This document shows, piece after piece, positions 56,265-64,000 of a DNA stretch of 64,000 nucleotides. A program made the translations under genes and the position numbers. Location: NCBI GenBank assembly GCA_964035545.1, contig OZ037771.1:13515133-13579132 (forward strand), given 5' to 3'. The notes under the pieces were generated by a model that saw only the letters and a program-made list of their open reading frames with translations, ran no database searches and was not told the origin of the DNA. Numbering within the stretch: position 1 is the first letter of the stretch; each line of letters opens with the position of its first letter. The stretch comes from Bugula neritina (lineage: Eukaryota > Animalia > Bryozoa).

Positions 56265-57986
56265 ATGGAGGAGTACATTGCTGAATTAGAGTTACTTTTA
56301 ATAAAACATTTGGAAGAAGCAGAAACAACAGGAAACTGGGTTGACTATGTCAAGGTAAAATATTTATTTATAATTATATGAATAATATTGAATAATATTG
56401 AAACTTAAACATATTATAATTATATTAAAATATAATATTATATTACATGCATGAGCTGCAGTAGATAAATATTTAATGATTATGATTATTGTTGCATGGA
56501 AATGAACAAGTGAATAATTATATTATGATTATAGTGAGGTGCTGAATCAAAGCTGCAGCAAATGCTTATGAATGACATTTTTATCTTCATTATGATACAT
56601 TGAAATATCTCCACTATATAATAGTTTTATATAGCTTGTTTTATAAATAAACAAGTTTCAAACTTAAATAGCCAATCATTGCTTGCAGACAGGCTATTTT
56701 GAAATTAAAACACCTTCAAATGCACTTTTCAAGGACCATGGGTTTTTGAGTGCGAAGTTTAATTAAATTAAATTAAATTAAATAGCTGGGTATATTATAA
56801 AAACACAGCATTATAAGCTCATTTTGGAGTTTTCTCTTACTTATTTAGACATATAAAGTATATATTATTATAATTATGGGTTATTTAACACGTTAGGAAA
56901 AGTATTCCTACTTGCCATTTCACAACTTATGATAAACTAAAACTAAAACTTTTCATTTCCAAATATTATTATTATTAATTTTATTAAAAATTTGATTTTT
57001 TTATAATGTAACTATATGTAGGACACACTATATAAACCTATATAAACCACACTATAATAAAAGGCCTGGCCTCACAATCGTGAGAATCACACGAAATCGT
57101 GTGACGATTTTCGTGAGTTATCCTCTCGTTATGACCAGCCACGCACTCGTCGGACTAAACAAATAATAAATAGTCCGTGAATGAGTCTTGCACAAAATAC
57201 AAACAACAGAAGACTGCAAAATAGAGAAACATGGTAGAACTGAAATAATTACTGTTGCTAAAATTCTATTGACCAATCAAATGGTACTTATCACCGATTG
57301 CGGTTTTTCGTCCATCGTCATCGTTGTGTACACCTGTACATGTAACCATTGAACTATAACTATAGTTTCAGTTCAGTGCACCTAACGAAAACAATTCTGT
57401 TTGAATTTCTTCAAATTTTCTCGTATGATTGTGTTTTCGTATCGAATAGACAATTTTGTGTAATTCTCACGAGTGTGTGGCCAGCCTTTTACAGGTCGAT
57501 TCTCTACCTGCAAACTGTACTCAGACTATATAGTTTGTCATTTGGAGATGCAATAAAACTAAAACTGGATAAGAGCCATTTAGCTGCAGTGGTGAGATAA
57601 ATTTGCAACAAAAGCAACCAAGTTTTGGAAATTGACACAAGTAGTCTGGAACTGATGTTGAGTTATAGTATGGTAATCATTTCTATAGTACCTACAGCAA
57701 GTTGAACCTCTACAGCTTAAAGATAGACAATGTTGAGCAAAATTAACCTGTCTATATGATATAATTATAAGTAGTTGACATATGAAAAATAACATGTATA
57801 TATTATATAGACACAATCAGAAAAATCATCGTAATGAGTATAACATTTACTAAGAATGAGCACAGTTGTCAGATAATAAACATTAATTTTCAAAAATGCA
57901 CTATATATTATATATTATAAATTATATTATATTATATATTATATATATATATGTATTATATATATATTATATATTATATTATATAT

Positions 57987-58043
<57 letters not shown>

Positions 58044-61000
58044 GCAAATTGCAATATATATTAATGAACTAATATAAAGTTAATATTCAGTTATAGCTGT
58101 GAAAACGACAAAATTTTAAAATTCAGTCAACCAAGGGGTAGCATGCCAGCTTTAATATTTTAGCATTGATACATAAGTGAATTAAATTTCAAGAAATAAA
58201 ACTTTAGTTGTGCAGCTATAATAAGTTAACTTTTGTTTCATACGAACAATTTGTGTCCCTTTAAGGAATTGGTATTAACCTCGCATCCTAAATGTTGAAA
58301 CAGCTTCAGACTGAAAAAGTTAACAAAAATATTTATTATCTTATAAAGCAATCGATATATACTTATATAAATATAAGCAGTTGTCTTTCCTTTGTGATGT
58401 AGAGTCATGGCATAGCAAACCACCTGCAAACCATAGATTCACAAAACAGTCAGAGATACCAAAAAGTCTATGAAATAGAAAACAAATGGTACAAAGGAAA
58501 ACATCCACTCACTTTCACAGAGCACCAAGAATTGACAAGACATCATAAGCAACAACTTAAAGAATACCGAGAGAATACTATAATTACCTTTGACAGTTTG
58601 AATAGTGATGTAGAGTTGTTGGACATAGACAATGTGTTCAGTGATGCTAATTTAGAAATATCTAATCGGTTGTCTAATGATGTATTTGCAAGTAGTGAGG
58701 AGTGTTCCAAAGAATTTGCAGAATTTTCTCGTTCTATAATTAGATCAAGTAGAGAGTTGCTTAAAGGGTGTCAAACAGAGGCACCCTATAATTTTGCTAT
58801 AATTGCTTTGGGCTCAGTAGCTCGTGGTGAGGCAACTCCATATTCTGACCTTGAATACGCATTTCTCATTGAAAATGAAAATAAGAAAGAATATTTTACT
58901 CACTTAGCTGTTGACACATATTTTAGAATAACTAACCTCAATGAGTCTCCATTAAAAACCTTCAACATTAAAGTTGAAAACTCTCCTGACTGTCTCAGTG
59001 AGAGTTGTCCAGTAGGATATAGAATAGATGGTCTCACATCAAATGCTGGTAACATACCGACAGGAAATGGAATGGGTAGATCTCTCACCTTCACAGTTGA
59101 ACAAGCAGTGAAGCTGTACAAAGAGGAAGTGATGTCGCCATCTGAAGAACTAGCGAGTCTTTCTGATCTGCTCATGACATCACAGTTGATATACTGTTCT
59201 GATGATGGGGCACAGTTGCATGACAGATTTATGGAAGAAATAGCTACATATGAAAAAGTTACAGCTCAAAATGATCAGAAAATCAAACAGAAAAGAGTGG
59301 AGAGACTTTCTCTAGATTTACAGAAATATGATTTTCTCCCAGAATTTCAATATCGAACTGTTGTTGGTGAAGATGTGAAAGTAAAAGAAGACATTTTTCG
59401 TTACATCACTCTGTTGGCTACTAATCTAAACATTGCTCTTTGTTTACAGCTAAACCTTCCATGGAAGGTGTATGATGCAATTTATCAGTCAGGGATAACT
59501 TCTAAAGAAAATCTGAGATACCTTCACATTATCTTGGGACTCTCAATATACATGAGAACTATGGCATACATCACTATGGGAACCCAAAAAGCTGAAATCT
59601 TGTTGAGTACTCCAACAGCTGAGATGAAATTAAATGGAATTGAAAAAAGCAAACATTTCTATGTGCCAAGAAAAATATTTGTAATCTTTGGCTCAATACT
59701 GATTTCAATAAAGCAATCCCTCATATCAAGTATGCACAAAGGAAACAGGCTATTGTCAACATTGAAGGAGAAAAGTGTGAGTGAATATTTAGAATCAGTG
59801 CTTCCCAGTGATTTGGTGACAGATAAACATGATATGACAATCTGTGAAGTATTGTGTTATGTTGAAGACTCAAACACAGCCTTAAAGTACATATCTGCCG
59901 GTTCAGGTGTTGATATCAGAAGTGTAGGGTATGAGGAGTTTGTAAAATGTGTAAGATCAAAATACAACACAAACAAGTCAAATGGTTTAGAGAAAAAGTA
60001 TTTGGAAATGTGCTGTTATTTGTTGTTTACTGGTGACCATGCTAATAGTGCCATTGACTACCTGAGTTGGTTGATCAGTTACGAAACCAATTGGTTTAGT
60101 ATACTGCAACATAATAGACAAATAGCGGAATGTATGAACAGACTGAGTAGATATAAATCTGCAAAAAATATTCTCATTCAGATAAAGTCTACACTAGAAG
60201 AAGAGCTCATGATAGACAAGAACAAATCTCTTACTGAATACATACTAAGAAAAGTAGAAAGTTCTTCTGGATTACCTGAGTATCTGCTCCACCTGTTTCA
60301 AATCACATCTGATCTCTTCTGCTCACTGGGTAAAACTAATATTCACTCATCAAATTTGGTGGAAGCTAAGTTTTATCTAAATCAATCTCTTTCTATTCAT
60401 AGAGTATTGTGTGAAAAAAAGTTCTTAAATAATACAAGAAGATATATGATAACAGAATCTAAAATTCTGAGCTACTTAGGAACTGCGTGTCTCCATGAGG
60501 GCGGAAATAGCACAGCACTAGAATATTACACCCAGTCAATAGAGATATTGAAAGCTGTTTATGGTGAACATGCAAACCACTCTGATATGGCTATAAGCTA
60601 TAGTAATATTGGTGCTGTACACATACAACTAGGTAACTATGACACTGCACTAGAATATTACACCAAATCAATAGAGATGATGAAAGCTGTTTATGGTGAA
60701 CATACAAACCACTCTAATATAGCTGTTAGCTATAATCATACTGGTGATGTACACAGACGACTAGGTAACTATGAAACAGCACTAGAATATCACACCAAGT
60801 CAATAGAGATGATGAAAGCTGTTTATGGTGAATGTGCAGACCACTATAATATAGCTGTTAGCTATAATCGTACTGGTAATGTACACACACAACTAGGTAA
60901 CTATGACACAGCACTAGAATATTACACGAAGTCACTGCAGATGATGAAGGCTGTTTATGGTGAAGGCTCAGCCCATCCTAATCTTACAGATGTGATATCT

Positions 61001-61537
61001 TCCATTATCGACATCTATCTAAAATTCAACAGATATGAAGACTGTCTGTTCCTTTGCTATACTCCTGTGTTGAGGAATCAATGTCTGTCCAATGTCCTCA
61101 ATGAGATAGCAGCAAATTACATCAGATCATCAAACTACAGAAGAGCTGCTCAGTTTCTGCAGATTGCTATTTCTAAAGCTGCAGATCATAGCATGGAACA
61201 AGCTCACAACTACCACCAGATGGGCATATGTTACATGCTGATGTCATCATACAAGAAGAGTTGGTGTTGGTTGTACTCTGCTCTCTGTCTGTATCAGTCC
61301 CTACCCAAAACCAGACAGGTCATTTTCTTTCTTGGTAAAGTTCACCTGTCCATATCCCAATTACTTCTACACACTGGTCATGTGACTCAGTCTCTTGAAC
61401 ATTGTGAAAAATCTCTTGACAATCTTAACAATATCCCTGATGTCAATACAAACTCTGTTGTTAAAAGAATGAAGACAGAACTTCTACAGTTCCATGACTC
61501 ATTGCATCTTGTTAAAATCTTAACCAATCACTTCTAA
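56265..61537 (+). CDS. Nucleotidyltransferase (DUF294/GlnD-like)-TPR protein, copy 2, open frame, three 44-aa TPR units
   Basis: Probable exons 56265-56354, 57495-57591 and long exon 58403-61537 (linking exon unresolved). Motif AIIALGSVARGEATPYSDLEYAFL; TPR units start at 60554, 60686, 60818; degenerate TPR-like helices follow. Confidence 0.85.
57061..57489. mobile_element. MITE family M2 (duplicated with the segment)
   Basis: Near-identical to 43912-44340. Confidence 0.82.
57900..58040. repeat. (TA)n / (TATATTA)n microsatellite
   Basis: Directly visible. Confidence 0.95.
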
Positions 61538-64000
61538 CAGACATATTTATCACACATCTGGTTTCCTGCAAAATATTCAGGCTATGTTCCTCACTCTTGT
61601 CAAGCCTTTGAGTTGTGCTGTTTCCAGCATGTATAACGTTGCTAATAATTGTTGAGTTTTTGATTCTAGCTAATTTCACAAACACAGGTAGAGCTTTATG
61701 GTACTCTCATTGAGGTATTTTATGGCTCTGCCTTTATAATACATACAAAGATAATAATTTTTACAATACTTACTACCCTAAAGGATCAGTTGAGTTTAGT
61801 CTTCAGTAATATCAATTTTTGAAATTTGTGTACACATGCAGTCTTCTGTATTATACTTTGAAAGATATTTTTTGGGAAGGTGTGATTTATATTATATAAC
61901 TTTATTAATGTATGCTTAATTATGTTGCTTATTTTAACTATACAATGCAAATTTCAAATTGTAATCAACTTTTTGGCTTTAGTAAGAATTCAAAGATATT
62001 TCTTTCAAAGTAATATCCACATGTATCTTTGGAGCTTAGTTCTTGCATTTTCTTGTTTCATTTTATCATTTCAGCAAGTCTGTACTTTTGACAATATTTT
62101 ATTTATTATGCATTTAATGCCACATTATATATACCTAAATTCAGTTACAAAATTTAGAAAGCTGTCTTAATTTTAAAGAGTTATTTATAATATATATATA
62201 ATTGTAGCTATTATAGCAATTTTATCTCAATCATGTGTCCATGCATTTATTAGTGCGGGTAAAATATATTGTGTGTTATGCAAACATATTATTCACTTCA
62301 ATATTAATCTGAACTTTAATTTAACAGATATTTATGCTTAAAGTTGATATTGAAACATGTTCCTGACAGAATTAAGTAACATGTTGAAGCAGATCTAAAC
62401 AGTGCATGCATGTGAAGATGCATTAAGCTATAATGTTCTTATGTTATAGCTATATTATATGAACCACACAGACTGTTTTGAAGCATTCTAAGATGAATAA
62501 TATTTATTTGCTGGGGAGGGGGGAAGTTTAATAATTTCAAGTTAGATTATAATCAAAATTTTCATTAAATAACCGGTGTGTTTTAAGTTACTTGAGCTTT
62601 ACATTACACTAATTATTCCTACAATGTTAATTTACTCAAAGAGCATAACATACACTACAGTATTCATATATATAATAATTTACCTATACAAAGAGTATAC
62701 AAAGCATGATATATTACGTGGTGTCTGGCGAAATTGGCATTAGTAAAATAGCACAGGTAAAAATGGCACAATAAGTAATAATAATGGTACAAATGACAAA
62801 GTATGGGTAAAAGTGGCACACTTTCAATATTAGGGTTTGAGTTGCGGTTTGGGAAATTTTAACATCAGTTTATCATTTTTTTTCTATTTTGGCATTTGTG
62901 CCCAATTATTACCAGTGTCATTTTCACTGTGCCATTTCTACCTGAAATGAAGCTAAATATATGTGAAGTTGACACACTGTTATATTATTGTTGTTATCAT
63001 GCATATCGGTATAAACATCCTATTTCATTGAGCAAAGTTTTACCTTTTGTTTCATTATAATTTACATTACATGTTGATTTTCAGATATTGTTATATATAG
63101 CCTTACTCCAGGCAGAATGAGATCAGACTGGCAGGATATTATAGTTATGAAGCTCCAGGGTACAATGTAGATGCTGCACTGAGTTCTAGAAACTTCAGTG
63201 AAGCTGTCTATTGCTGCTGCTGCTGACACACTATAAAGCTACTATTCTTGTTGTTGAAATGCAAGCAGAAGTCACTACATCTTGTGTTGGCTATAATTTA
63301 GTTTCAATAAGAAAAGTTTTAATTTCTTTGAAATGAGAAAAAAATTATTTCAGTGACTTGAAGATCAAAATAGTATATCTCACTGCAGTAAATTGCGAAA
63401 CAAATGCATTCAATCTTCATGTATAAGTATAACAAGAAATTTTCCAGTTGAGGATTCTGATGTAATTTATATATGCAGATATATATAACAAACTGTATTA
63501 CGGTGCTCTCTCTGTAGCTCACGGGTTCTCTTCTCACCAAATTCTATAGATTACAAAAAAGTTTGGACTCTAGCAGTTTCTGACTAATGATGAAAAGCCG
63601 TGACTTAGATTTTTTGAGTCAAATTTGACTTTCAAAGAAGGAGAAACTATGTCTTGTATCAAAGATGGGAAAACATAAGAATAGTGTTGCTAATTGACAG
63701 TCATCTGATTAAAATTCAAATCCAGTTGTATATTATATATTGACAATAATTTAGCATAAATAGCCAGAGGTTATTTAATATAGCTGCTGTATGTATCTTA
63801 TGTATATGCATTATTATATAAAGGACATTAAGTGGCCAAGTTTAAATTTAGATCAATTAAATATGCTTAGCATATAACACATGCAGAAATATTATGCATG
63901 CTTTGTTTATAAAAATAACATATTACTTTGATTGACTTTACAAAAGAAAACTGTCAAAGATAATAACTATATGACGTTCTGGAACTGCAACTCAATTATA

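Larger units (their letters stand above)
52988..63945 (+). repeat. Tandem segmental duplication, copy 2 (approximate limits)
   Basis: Colinear with 39838-51980. Confidence 0.93.

Overview
AT-rich, intron-containing animal genomic DNA (invertebrate; the taxon cannot be fixed from sequence alone) with three blocks. (1) 889-4274: a five-exon SRA1/SRAP gene that the ORF track misses. (2) 6284-39444: a tandem cluster of seven related genes for predicted secreted proteins. They are built from one exon kit (two signal-peptide exons, a single ~850-bp NHL beta-propeller exon, a short HYR-like exon, two exons for an unnamed Cys-containing domain, a Cys-pair tail exon), and the seven genes retain five different subsets of it, including one gene with no propeller. 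(3) ~39.8-64 kb: a tandem segmental duplication (~13.15-kb offset). Each copy carries a gene that fuses a Pol-beta-superfamily (DUF294/GlnD-like) nucleotidyltransferase to an array of near-identical 44-aa TPR repeats. Repeat number is 9 versus 3, variation is confined to fixed positions, and copy 1 has an in-frame TAA insertion. The NTase-TPR genes are the best candidate for an undescribed system (a variable-sensor/nucleotide-effector receptor); the modular NHL cluster is second. tRNA-derived SINEs, MITEs, an RTE-like fragment and microsatellites fill the non-coding space. All exon models were read by eye from GT-AG sites and frame continuity; domain names are motif recognition, not database results.
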